Assembly: GCF_964355755.1 (NCBI RefSeq)
Contig: NC_092675.1
Span: 12,271,812 to 12,335,811 of the forward strand
Direction: 5' to 3'
Source: Antedon mediterranea
Lineage: Eukaryota > Animalia > Echinodermata
Length of the DNA: 64,000 nucleotides
Position 1 is the first letter of the stretch. Each line of letters begins with the position of its first letter. Shown in pieces: positions 1 to 10,182 of the stretch. Under the pieces are notes generated by a model. That model was not told where the DNA came from and made no database searches. It saw nothing but the letters and a program-made list of their open reading frames with translations. Position numbers and translations under genes: made by a program.

Positions 1-58
1 ATACAACATCGCCTCTGATCCAATGCACGTACATGTCACGTGACGGGACATATACTAA

Positions 59-190
59 TTATTAAGTGGCGGCCGCCAGATAATTAAGTGGCGGCCGCCA
101 GATAATTAAGTGGCGGCCGCCAGATAATTAAGTGGCGGCCGCCAGATAATTAAGTGGCGGCCGCCAGATAATTAAGTGGCGGCCGCCAGA
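59..190. repeat. 22-bp tandem minisatellite (TAATTAAGTGGCGGCCGCCAGA)x6, inside a probable non-autonomous DNA element ending GGGCTTCCGTA at ~239
   Basis: Six near-identical adjacent units with no spacers. Each contains the 12-bp palindrome TGGCGGCCGCCA. The HINE-like sequence resumes abruptly at ~243. Confidence 0.9.
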
Positions 191-242
191 TAACAGCTTT
201 TAAAATATAGTTATCTTGTGGCCCGAACGGGCTTCCGTAATA

Positions 243-1615
243 ATCTGTATACATATTACATACAGTGGAGATTAGGTGAAATTACGGGACCCGCCATTTA
301 TTCAAATTTTTAACATGGTGACGGTATGAAAATAAATCACGAAGATAGCAATTTCGGAAGGAAATTATCTCAGCAACAACATATTAACGTGTAGAAGAAA
401 TTTGAATACGTAAAATATAGATGCGCACTCTTTTAAATGTGATGAACTATGACGCAAAAGGTGAAAATAATTGTTGTTCCAACTGGCCATATGATGACGT
501 CACATCATCTGATTGGCAAAATATTCATATGAATTCGTATCTAAAATCCAATAGCTTCCAGAAAACGTTTTAATCATGATTATCACATTTTATTCTGACG
601 AGCTATAATAGATTGAAATTAACTGTAAAGATGACAATAAGTGACCCACGCTATTTAAATTTTTAGACACGATGACGTCATAAAAATTAAAATGTTTAAC
701 TCATGCGAAAGATAGTTGATTAACCTAGACAATATTAGAATCTCGTGGGAAATGGAATACGGATAAGCGTGATGCGCTCTATTGAATGTGATGAGCAATA
801 ACGAAAGAGACAAAAATCCTATATTTTATATTCGAGTGACCATACGATGACGTCACAATGTCCGGTTAGCCATATTGTTGCATGATCCGATATCTAATAT
901 TCATCAACTTCCAGAATATGTAATAAAAATGAACTTCACCTTTAGAAACTATGACTGTAAATATTTTTGATGAATTTTTGAACTTTTTCATCAAAAACGC
1001 GCGCGAATTGTCCAATTCGACGTGCTCGTATGACGTGATTTTAAGTCTTAATTGTTTAGAAGTTGGAAAAATTACTAGAAAAGGCAGGAAAAACATAATT
1101 CACGCGAAAAAGATGTTTTTAACGTTCCTTGCCACCGCGCGCGTAAAAAATGCTCGTCCGTGGAAATTGTTACATGCTTAAAATGATATGAAACGCATAG
1201 AAAGTTCATTATAAATTGATTTTTCGCATTTTTTTATTTTGAAAAGCGCGTGTGCGCGTAACTTTAATTGAAACATGCCATTCTTTTTCCACATAAAGTT
1301 AGTGCAAGATTTAAATTACACTTTGCATGCATGCTAAGTTTCAATTTGAATTGTTATATGGTTTTCGATCTATGCTAAATTCGATAAATTCATAAAATCG
1401 CGCGTAAGTCATGTTGCGCGCGCAACTCTGACGTCATTCAAAAATGGGAGGTGCACAACTTCACGTAAATGCCCATATGTTGACAAAGTTATAATATGTT
1501 ATGTTTACACGTTTTAGAGATACGCGAGACACAAAATTGAAAAGAAAGAATAATACAGAAAAAAGATGATTTCATGCAATAACAAGGAGGAGTTATCCGC
1601 TGAGTGCGGATAACT
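243..1615 (-). mobile_element. HINE-like (Helentron-associated) non-autonomous element, 3' part cut off by the minisatellite element
   Basis: Reverse-complement homology to 4651-6050. 5' hairpin AGTTATCCGC-tgagt-GCGGATAACT at 1591-1615. Confidence 0.75.
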
Positions 1616-1760
1616 AATAACATATAAAAAAAATCAAGACAATAACAAGGAGTTATCCGCTTAGTAGCCGATAACTCCTTGTTATTATTGTCTACTAAGC
1701 GGATAACTAACTAATAATACAGAAAAAAAAAAGATTATCCCGTACAATAACAAGGATATA

Positions 1761-2300
1761 CTAGATTTGAACTCGTCACTTTGACGAGTTAGTTATCCAC
1801 ACGACAAATGCCACGTGCATGCCATACGTTGGAATTTTACACACAAAAATAGGTTATGGCATTTTGACCTGAAGAATATGTTGCTATTGCTGAATTCTGT
1901 CTATTCTCTATCAAATAGTATATAAAGTATACAGTACATATTGTATACATATTACATACAGTGTAGCATAGGTGAAATTACGGGACACGCCTTTTATTCA
2001 AATTTTTAACATGATGACGTCATCAAAATGAAACACGTAGATAACAATTTTGGAAGGAAATTATCTGAGCAACAACATATTAACGTGTTGAACAAATTTG
2101 GATACGTAGAATATGGATGCGCGCTCTTTTAAATGTGATGAACTATGACGCAAAATATGAAAATACGACATTTATAATTCAACTGGCCGTATGATGACGT
2201 AACAACAGCCGATGCCCAACATTTGCTTCCAGAAAACGTTATAATCATGAGTATCACTTTTCATTCTGAGGAGCTATAACATATTTAAATTTAATGGAAT
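1761..2300 (-). mobile_element. HINE-like element, 3' part
   Basis: The minus strand ends GTGGATAACT-AACTCGTCAAAGTGACGAGTT-CAAATCTAG (subTIR + palindrome + CTAG). The body is homologous to 250-630. Confidence 0.75.
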
Positions 2301-2309
2301 GATGAATTG

Positions 2310-3720
2310 ACCGCAATTGTACCGGGAAAGTTCTAAACTATATTGTTTACATCATCCGCAATCTATGATCCAAGTTAGAGGGCCAAAATGGGGTAAAAAA
2401 TGCCCATTTTCGATATTTGTTCGTTATAAAAATTTCTGTTTCTTCATGTAACCATACAACATATGGGGTATAAAAAAAGCCGCAATTGTACTGGAAAGGT
2501 TTTAAACTACATTTCAAAAATTTCCCGAGTCCGAGGTTTTTGGGGGAAGGGGGGAGGGTGTTTGATAGGATGATGGGGATTTCTGCTTGGGCTAGGGATA
2601 GTAGGTTAAATTGACCAGAATTATAGTAGGACATTATTAAAGTATTTTAATTATCTCTGGGAAGGGGCTGGGAGTTTGGGGTTGGGTCGTAGACCTTTCA
2701 ACATGACTCAATCTGTACTGGGAGAATATAATGAATAATATAATGGCTTCACACACGTGAACGGGGTTTGTGCGGGTGGGGGTGTATATACTAGAATTTG
2801 GAGGTAACTATAGAAGTACAACATAATTGGAATTGTACTGGAATTTGAACCGTCCCAAGGAGAAGTTAAGGTTTGTTGATTGTGGTTGGATGGGGAGAGA
2901 AGAAAGAATGTAGGCTGGGAAGAAGTAATTCAGCACTATCCAAATTAGATATTTTATTCAGTAGCCAATATGAAACCTATTCATTTCCATAGTTTGCAAA
3001 GTACTTAAACCATGCCTATCAGCTATGGATCGCCCTGTTATTAAGACACTAAAGTTGTTGAATTAAAATTTGGGGTATCAAAATGAACACAATTGTACCG
3101 GGAAAGTTCTAAAGTATATTTCAGCATCATCCGCCATCTTGAATCCAAGTTAGGGGTAAAAATTCCCACTGTTGATGTCTCTTCGTTGGGGTTGAGAGGA
3201 TAGTGGGGATTTTTATAGGGGCAGTGTGTTATCAAATTGACCAGAATTGTGGTAGGAAATTGTTAAAGTATTTTAATTATCCATGGGAAGGGGATGGGAG
3301 TTTGGGGCGGGCATGTAGGCCTATCACCATGACCGAAACTGTACTGGGAATGTTTTAAACTACATTTGAAAACTGCAACTGAGGGATTATGGGTTGGGAC
3401 TGATGGCATACATAATTTGTCTGGAAACGTCTTAAACACATCACCCAGTATCTGGGATATGTTGGGAGGGTGGAGAAAGGGCGGAAATACTGGTGTAATG
3501 ACGTGTTACATGATTGGAATTGTACTAGGAAAAGTTACTACATTTGAACTGTCCAGGGGAGGAGTTAAGGTTTGTTGAGTGTGGCTGGGATGGTGAGGGG
3601 AAAAAGAAGGCTGGGGGACCGCAATATCAAAATTATATATATGCCAATATGACACCTATTCATTTACACAGTTTACTTAAATCATTATTTGGCTTATCGT
3701 AGCTATGTATACCCTTCTCA
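2310..3720. repeat. Diverged ~750-bp tandem duplication built from recurring AATTGTACTGGGAA-type submotifs
   Basis: 2314-3040 aligns with 3090-3710, e.g. CAATTGTACCGGGAAAGTTCTAAA and TTAAAGTATTTTAATTATC..TGGGAAGGGG.TGGGAGTTTGGGG occur in both. Confidence 0.7.
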
Positions 3721-3897
3721 TTTTGAAGATAAATTTCAATTGAATGTCCTGGGAAGAATTTGTTTTTCAAAATGAGTGTGGGGTGTTGTTGAAGAGGAGT
3801 GGAGATTGGTGAGTATAGGGAGATACTGGCGTCGTCTAATTTTGAAATCCACCCTATAATGTATATAATGTATGTATAATTGCTAGTATATATATAT

Positions 3898-4264
3898 TTG
3901 TGTGTGTGTCTTCACACACAGCATTAAGACACACGCACACACAAATATATTTGTTTATATCTCTACCAAGCTACCTTCTTTGTTTTCCACTCTTATTCAG
4001 ACTCCACCCTGGCTCCCTTTGTTATATTTCTTTTATTCCTGTCCACCCAGGCAGCACTTGCCAGCTTTATACTCTGACGTTATCCAAATTCCTTCACTTG
4101 CACTGATGAAGGGCTAGTGTTGCCCGAAAGCTCTGCTAACTTTTCTGGCTGTTTACTCTATCGTTTTGATTTAGCTTTTCGCTTTTTGTTTTTGTATCTC
4201 CATTGAGATCCAGCTACTGATACCCACAGCATTGTCATTTTTTTCAGTAATTTGCCTTTGGATT
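3898..4264 (+). mobile_element. Penelope-like element pLTR remnant flanked by (TA)n
   Basis: Contains a minimal hammerhead motif followed by a T-rich tail, and lies between two TA microsatellites. This organisation is typical of PLE pseudo-LTRs. Confidence 0.6.
4100..4136 (+). ncRNA. Minimal type I hammerhead ribozyme
   Basis: GCA-CTGATGA-A-GGGC(tagtgtt)GCCC-GAAA-GCTC-TGC: conserved CUGAUGA and GAAA core, helix II GGGC/GCCC, helix I GCA/TGC, palindromic AGCT helix III. Confidence 0.8.
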
Positions 4265-4287
4265 TATATATATATATATATATATAT

Positions 4288-4578
4288 CTTTATCGTTTCA
4301 AATTAATTAATTAAATTTAGTATATCATCGGGCGGTTTAGAATTAATGTTCTTTGCCTGTTGTGTTTATATATATAAAAGTATCTCTTCGGAGATCCCGC
4401 CTCGTGAATAAAAATACTGAAAGATGAGGGCGTATCAATTTGATCTCTGTTGCGCGTGCGTACTGAGGACTAGTGCTGTTCCGCCGTACCACGCCGAGAA
4501 TGTTAAAGAGTATATATATAAACAAATCAGGCAAAGAACATTAATTCTAAACCGCCCGGTGATATACTGAAATTTAAA
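4288..4578. repeat. Left end of the tRNA-containing tandem array (inverted partial unit plus start of a direct unit)
   Basis: 4288-4510 is the reverse complement of parts of 8771-8943, with an extra ~85 bp. 4511-4578 matches 8860-8920 and joins 8613 once the HINE stack is removed. Confidence 0.8.
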
Positions 4579-4650
4579 TGGTTATTGGTTATCCGCTCTT
4601 GGCGGATAACCTCTTGTTATTGTCAGGATCTTTTTTTTTTTTTTTTTTTT

Positions 4651-6239
4651 GGTTATCCGCAACGAAGTTGCAGGATAACCTCTTGTGATTGTACGAAATC
4701 ATCAACATCAACTTTTTATTTCTCTTCTTTCTTTCTGTATGATTTTTGTGGAACGCTTTTCTCGAAAACTTGCAAACATAACATTTTGTAACTTTCTCAA
4801 CATATCGTCATGCACATGAAGATGTGCAGCGAAGCTTTTCATGATATTTACAATTGCGCAACGTGACCTACGCGCGATTTAACGATTTTGTCGTATTTAA
4901 CATAGCTCGACAACCAAATAACATTTCAACTTGAAACTTTGCAAAAGTTTAATTTATATCATGCGCTAACTTTCTGTAGAAAAAAAATTGCGTGTTTTAC
5001 ACAAAGTTACGCGCGCACGCGCATATAAAATTTCAAAATGCGCAAAATTAATTTATAATCAACTTTCTACGCGTTTCATGTCGTTTTAAGCATGTCAAAA
5101 ATTCCCACGCGTGCGCACATTTTTACGTGTGCGGTGCGCACGTAGCATTGAAAACGTATTTTTTTCTCGTGATTTATGTTGTTCCAGCTTTTTCAAGTAG
5201 TTTTACCAAATTTTAAACAATTTCGACTTAAAGATACGTCATACGAGCACGTCGAATTGGACAATTGGCGCGCGTTTTTTATGAAAAGGTTAAAAAATTC
5301 GTTTAAAATATGCCTTTTTTTAAACAGTCGTAATTTCTAAACTAGACGGTCAACTTTTTGTGGATGGCATATTCTGGAAGTAGATGAGTTGTAGATATCG
5401 AATCAGGTAGTAATATGGCTAACTGGACATTGTGACGTCATCGTATGGCCACACGAATATAAAATTTAGGATTTTTGTATCTTTCGTCATAGCTCATCAC
5501 ATTGAATAGAGCGCATCTCCACTTATCCGTTTTCCATTTTCAACCCGATTTTGATATTGTCTAGGTCAATCAAGTATCTTTTGCATGAGTTAAAAATATT
5601 TTAATTTTTTTGACGTCATCATGCCTAAAAATTTAAATCACGTGTGGCATTAATTTCATCTTTACAGTAAATTTTAATCTGTTATAGCTCGTAAGAATAA
5701 AATGTGATAATCACGATTAAAACTTTTTCTGGAAGCTATTGGATTGTAGATACGAAATTATGTAAAAATGTTGCCAATCGGATGTTGTGACGTCATCATA
5801 TGGCTAGTTAAACAAAAAAGGTCGTATTTTCATCTTTTGCGTCATAATTCATTACATTTAAAAGAGTGCGCATCAATATTTCACGTATTCAAATTTCTTC
5901 TACACGCTAATACGTTGTTGCTGAGATAATTTCCTTTCGGAATTGCTACCTTCGCGTTTCATTTTAAAACCGTCAACATGTTAAAAATTGCAATAAATAG
6001 CGGGTCCCGTAATTTCACCTATTCTACACTGTATGTGATATGGATACAGATACTGTGTATACTATATATGAATTTAAATAATAAAATTCAGCAATAACAA
6101 CATATCATATTCTTCAGTTCAGGTCATAATGCCAACGTGAACACTTCCTTTTGTCCTCAACCTATCCTCTTAATGTTTATGTTGCACCACTTGCGCGGCG
6201 GATAACCAAACTCGTCAAAGTGACGAGTTACATGTCTAG
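4651..6239 (+). mobile_element. Complete HINE-like element (diverged subfamily)
   Basis: 5' GGTTATCCGC...GGATAACC. 3' GCGGATAACC-AAACTCGTCAAAGTGACGAGTT-ACATGTCTAG. Flanked by T runs. Confidence 0.8.
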
Positions 6240-6245
6240 TTTTTT

Positions 6246-7460
6246 GGTTATCCGCACTTGGCGGATAACCTCTTGTTATTGTCAGAATCTTTTTTTTTTT
6301 TTTTTTTTTTCTATGTTATTCTTCTTTCTTTCCCAAAATTTTGTGTCACGTGTATCTCAAATTCTGATCAACATTACATCGTATAACTTTGTCAGAAGAT
6401 TTACCTCTATCTGTAGAAGTGCAGGACAGCTCGTTTTTTTTCTTTAGAGTCGCGCAGCGTAAGCTACGCGCGATTTTATGAATTTCGCGTATATAACATA
6501 GACTGAAAACCAAAAGTCATTTTGTAATGACACTTGGTGAACATTTAAGTCATATCAAGGGCAAACTTTCTATGGATTAAAAATGGCATGTTTGACATAA
6601 AGTTACGCGCGCACGCGCGTTTAAAATTTTAAATTGCGAAAAATCCATTTCTAATCAACTTTTTACGCGTTTCAGGTCATTTTGAGCATTTCAAAAATTC
6701 CCACGCGTGCGCATATTTTTTACGCGCGCGTGCGCACGTAGCGCAAAAACATCTTTTTTTTGCTTGATTTTTGTTTTTTCAGCCTTTTCTAGTAAATTTA
6801 CCAATTTTCAATCAATTTCGACTTAAAATCACGTCATACGAGCACGTAGAATTGAACAATTTGCGCGCGTTTTTGATGAAAAAGTTCAAAAATTTGTGAA
6901 AATTATGCCTTTTTTTAAAAAGTCATAGATTCTAAACTCCGAGGTGAAAATATTTAAAATTTCAGATTCTGGAAGTAGATGAGTTGTTTTTCTCGAATCA
7001 TGCATTGATATGGCTAACCAGACATTGTGACGTCATCGTATGGCCACCCGAATATAAAATATAGGATTTTTTTCTCTTTCGTCATAGCTCGTCAATTTAA
7101 TAGAGCGCATCTCTACTTATCCTTATTCCATTTCACTCAATTTTTTTATATTGTCTAGATCAATCAATTACCTTTCGCATGATCCACCATTTTAAAAATT
7201 GTGATGACGTCATCATGTTCAAATGCGTCAATAACTTTGGTCACTTATTTTTACCTATTCTGCACTGTATGTAGTACGTATACAGTATATAGTGTTATAC
7301 CGTATATACTTAGACGCGACGCAACATAGAGAGCGCACTAACATTTTTCAATGCCATAATCGTTTTATTTTTTTGCGCGCACTATTCTAACGTATGACGT
7401 GCACGTGGCTTTTGCACTGCGGATAACCTAACTCGTCCGTAGTGACGAGTTCAAATCTAG
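6246..7460 (+). mobile_element. Complete HINE-like element
   Basis: 5' subTIR hairpin plus poly-T, 3' subTIR + palindrome + CTAG. Body nearly identical to 7462-8612. Confidence 0.8.
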
Positions 7461-8665
7461 TCTATGTTATTCTTCTTTCTTTCCCAAAATTTTGTGTCAC
7501 GTGTATCTCAAATTCTGATCAACATTACATCGTATAACTTTGTCAGAAGATTTACCTCTATCTGTAGAAGTGCAGGACAGCTCGTTTTTTTACTATAGAG
7601 TTGCGCAGCGTAAGCTACGCGCGATTTTATGAATTTCGCGTATTTAACATACACTAAAAAGCAAAAGTCATTTTGTAATGACACTTGGTGAACATTTAAG
7701 TCCTATTAAGGGCAAACTTTCTATGGATTAAAAATGGCATGTTTGACATAAAGTTACGCGCGCACGCGCGTTTAAAATTTCAAATTGCGAAAAATTCATT
7801 TCTAATCAACTTTCTACGCGTTTCAGGTCATTTTGAGCATTTCAAAAATTCCCACGCGTGCGCATATTTTTTACGCGCGCGTGCGCACGTAGCGCAAAAA
7901 CATCTTTTTTTTGCTTGATTTTTTGTTTTTTCAGCCTTTTCTAGTACATTTACCAATTTTCAATCAATTTCGACTTAAAATCACGTCATACGAGCACGTA
8001 GAATTGAACAATTTGCGCGCGTTTTTGATGAAAAAGTTCAAAAATTTGTGAAAATTATGCCTTTTTTTAAAAAGTCATAGATTCTAAACTCTGAGGTGAA
8101 AATATTTAAAATTTCAGATTCTGGAAGTAGATGAGTTGTTTTTCTCGAATCATGCATTGATATGGCTAACCAGACATTGTGACGTCATCGTATGGCCACC
8201 CGAATATAAAATATAGGATTTTTTTCTCTTTCGTCATAGCTCGTCAATTTAATAGAGCGCATCTCTACTTATCCTTATTCCATTTCACTCAATTTTTTTA
8301 TATTGTCTAGATCAATCAATTACCTTTCGCATGATCCACCATTTTAAAAATTGTGATGACGTCATCATGTTCAAATGCGTCAATAACTTTGGTCACTTAT
8401 TTTCACCTATTCTGCACTGTATGTAGTACGTATACAGTATATAGTGTTATACCGTATATACTTAGACGCGACGCAACATAGAGAGCGCACTAACATTTTT
8501 CAATGCCATAATCGTTTTATTTTTTTGCGCGCACTATTCTAACGTATGACGTGCACGTGGCTTTTGCACTGCGGATAACCTAACTCGTCCGTAGTGACGA
8601 GTTCAAATCTAGTTAATTAATTTGAAACGATAAAGATGAGGAAATCTGTGAGAATGAGAAAAAGT

Positions 8666-8737
8666 CGTCCCAACCGAGACTCGAACTCGGACCGCCTGCT
8701 TGATATGCAGATGTCCTAACCATTAGACCACTGGGGC
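8666..8737 (-). tRNA. tRNA-like gene, anticodon ATC (Asp-type), one acceptor-stem mismatch; repeat-borne
   Basis: 72-nt cloverleaf matching 8974-9045 except G71>A; followed by ACTTTTT. Confidence 0.55.
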
Positions 8738-8825
8738 TTTCATGGTATTGTTCGAACTCGATTGGATAGCGACTCTTTAACATTCTCGGCGTGGTACGGC
8801 GGAACAGCACTAGTCCTCAGTTGTA

Positions 8826-8866
<41 letters not shown>

Positions 8867-8973
8867 ACATTAGGCAATGAACGTTAATTCGAAACCGCCC
8901 GATGATATACTGAAATTTAATTAATTAATTTGAAACGATAAAGATGAGGAAATCTGTGAGAATGAGAAAAAGT

Positions 8974-9045
8974 CGCCCCAACCGAGACTCGAACTCGGAC
9001 CGCCTGCTTGATATGCAGATGTCCTAACCATTAGACCACTGGGGC
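8974..9045 (-). tRNA. tRNA-like gene, anticodon ATC (Asp-type), fully paired cloverleaf; repeat-borne
   Basis: Acceptor GCCCCAG/TTGGGGC, D stem GTCT/GGAC, anticodon arm TCTGC-ATATCAA-GCAGG, T arm CCGAG-TTCGAGT-CTCGG, discriminator G, then TTTTT terminator. Confidence 0.6.
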
Positions 9046-9160
9046 TTTCATGGTATTGTTCAAACTCGATTGGATAGCGACTCTTTAACATTCTCGGCGT
9101 GGTATCTCGGTTGGGGCGACTTTTTCTCATTCTCACAGATTTCCTCATCTTTATCGTTTC

Positions 9161-9165
<5 letters not shown>

Positions 9166-9239
<74 letters not shown>
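9166..9239. repeat. (TA)n microsatellite
   Basis: About 37 perfect TA units. Confidence 0.95.
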
Positions 9240-9242
<3 letters not shown>

Positions 9243-9439
9243 GAAAAATCTATGTAGGAGAATGCGGAAGTGAGGTATGCACTCTCGAAGTGGCTTTCTT
9301 GTTTTAAATGTTTTAACACCCTGTGGCAACCGTTGAACTTTTTCATGGTTTCAATCAATTTAATACCGGTACCGTACTCATTTAGTCGTAAAACAATTTT
9401 TTTAATTAAACGTCTGAGTCCTATGTTCTTTCTTTGCAG

Positions 9440-10182
9440 TTGAAAATTTCTGTGAAACAAAAGAAGGATCAGCCTGTTTTCGATTTCCTCTTAGATCTGA
9501 CGTTCACGATAAGGCAATTACGTCTGCCAAACTATACTTTTACCGCGCTGCATCTCCAAATGACCAAGATGAACAAATATTGTCTCTTATGCAGGTAGCC
9601 CATCAGAGCCTAAAGAACATTGGACAAGTTTGCACTTCAAACAGAGAAGGTTGGGTGCAGATTGAAATTAAAGAAACTGTTGCCCGTTGGTTAATACACG
9701 ATGTCGAAAATCGAGAGTTAATGCTGCATTGTAAAACTTGCCAATCACAGAAATCGCCCATTTTGCTAACTGGTACCAAACGTCCATTCCTCTTTATAAA
9801 GACTGATAGTCCAAGCTCAGGTCGCAAAACTAGATCAATTAACTGCAAATCTGGGATAAAGCAATGTTGTCTCCAAGATTTCTATGTTTCATTTGCTGAA
9901 ATTGGATGGGATGATTGGATTATAGAACCAAGTGGATACTGGGCAAACTTTTGCAAAGGTGGCTGTGCAATAGGTACATCACCAAGTACTGCACACACAA
10001 GTCTTATGTACCGGTTTGTTGAGCAAGAACAAGATAAAGAATATCGAGAATTATTAACACCATGTTGTGTACCGTCGTCGTACTCTTCTCAGTCAATCCT
10101 CTACCACGATACCACCGATACAGAGTTGCTGTTTCGACGAGAAATCACTGATTTAGTTGTACAAAGCTGTAGATGTGCTTAG
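9440..10182 (+). CDS. Terminal coding exon of a TGF-beta superfamily ligand, activin/inhibin-beta (ALP/Dawdle-like) type
   Basis: Polypyrimidine/TTGCAG acceptor at 9439, phase 1. Open frame ENFCETKEGSACFRFPLR...ITSAKLYFY...GWVQIEIK...HCKTC...RPFL. Furin site RKTR. Mature domain with 9 Cys: SINC..CCLQDFYVSFAEIGWDDWIIEPSGYWANFCKGGC...PCCVP...VVQSCRCA*. Confidence 0.93.

Larger units (their letters stand above)
4587..8612 (+). mobile_element. Outer HINE-like element (head 4587-4650, body 7462-8612) with two relatives nested in its poly-T
   Basis: Head GGTTATCCGC-tcttg-GCGGATAACC...T20. The body is near-identical to 6311-7460. 3' end GCGGATAACC-TAACTCGTC..GACGAGTT-CAAATCTAG. Confidence 0.75.
8613..9166 (-). 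repeat. 308-bp-period tandem array of tRNA-bearing units with internal (TA)n and an inverted terminal partial unit (9105-9166)
   Basis: 8613-8796 repeats at 8921-9104. 9105-9166 is the reverse complement of ~8926-8988. Confidence 0.9.

Noticed and set aside
59-190. CRISPR-like palindromic repeat array
   Set aside because: Units are directly adjacent with no spacers, there are no cas genes, and the context is eukaryotic.
4455-4510. Hammerhead core in the tRNA-repeat unit (CTGAGGA...)
   Set aside because: No correctly placed GAAA or helix II could be fitted.
6311-8612. Assembly artefact duplication
   Set aside because: The two copies differ at multiple scattered positions, and the nesting model accounts for both junctions.
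8613-9460. Short ORFs 8613-8810, 8921-9148, 9070-9273 and 9164-9460
   Set aside because: They are translations of the tRNA repeat and (TA)n (YIYIYI), with no coding evidence.
9580-10182. 200-aa single-exon gene starting at 9580
   Set aside because: The start codon is TTG and there is no signal peptide. The frame is open back to a splice acceptor at 9439, so this is a terminal exon.
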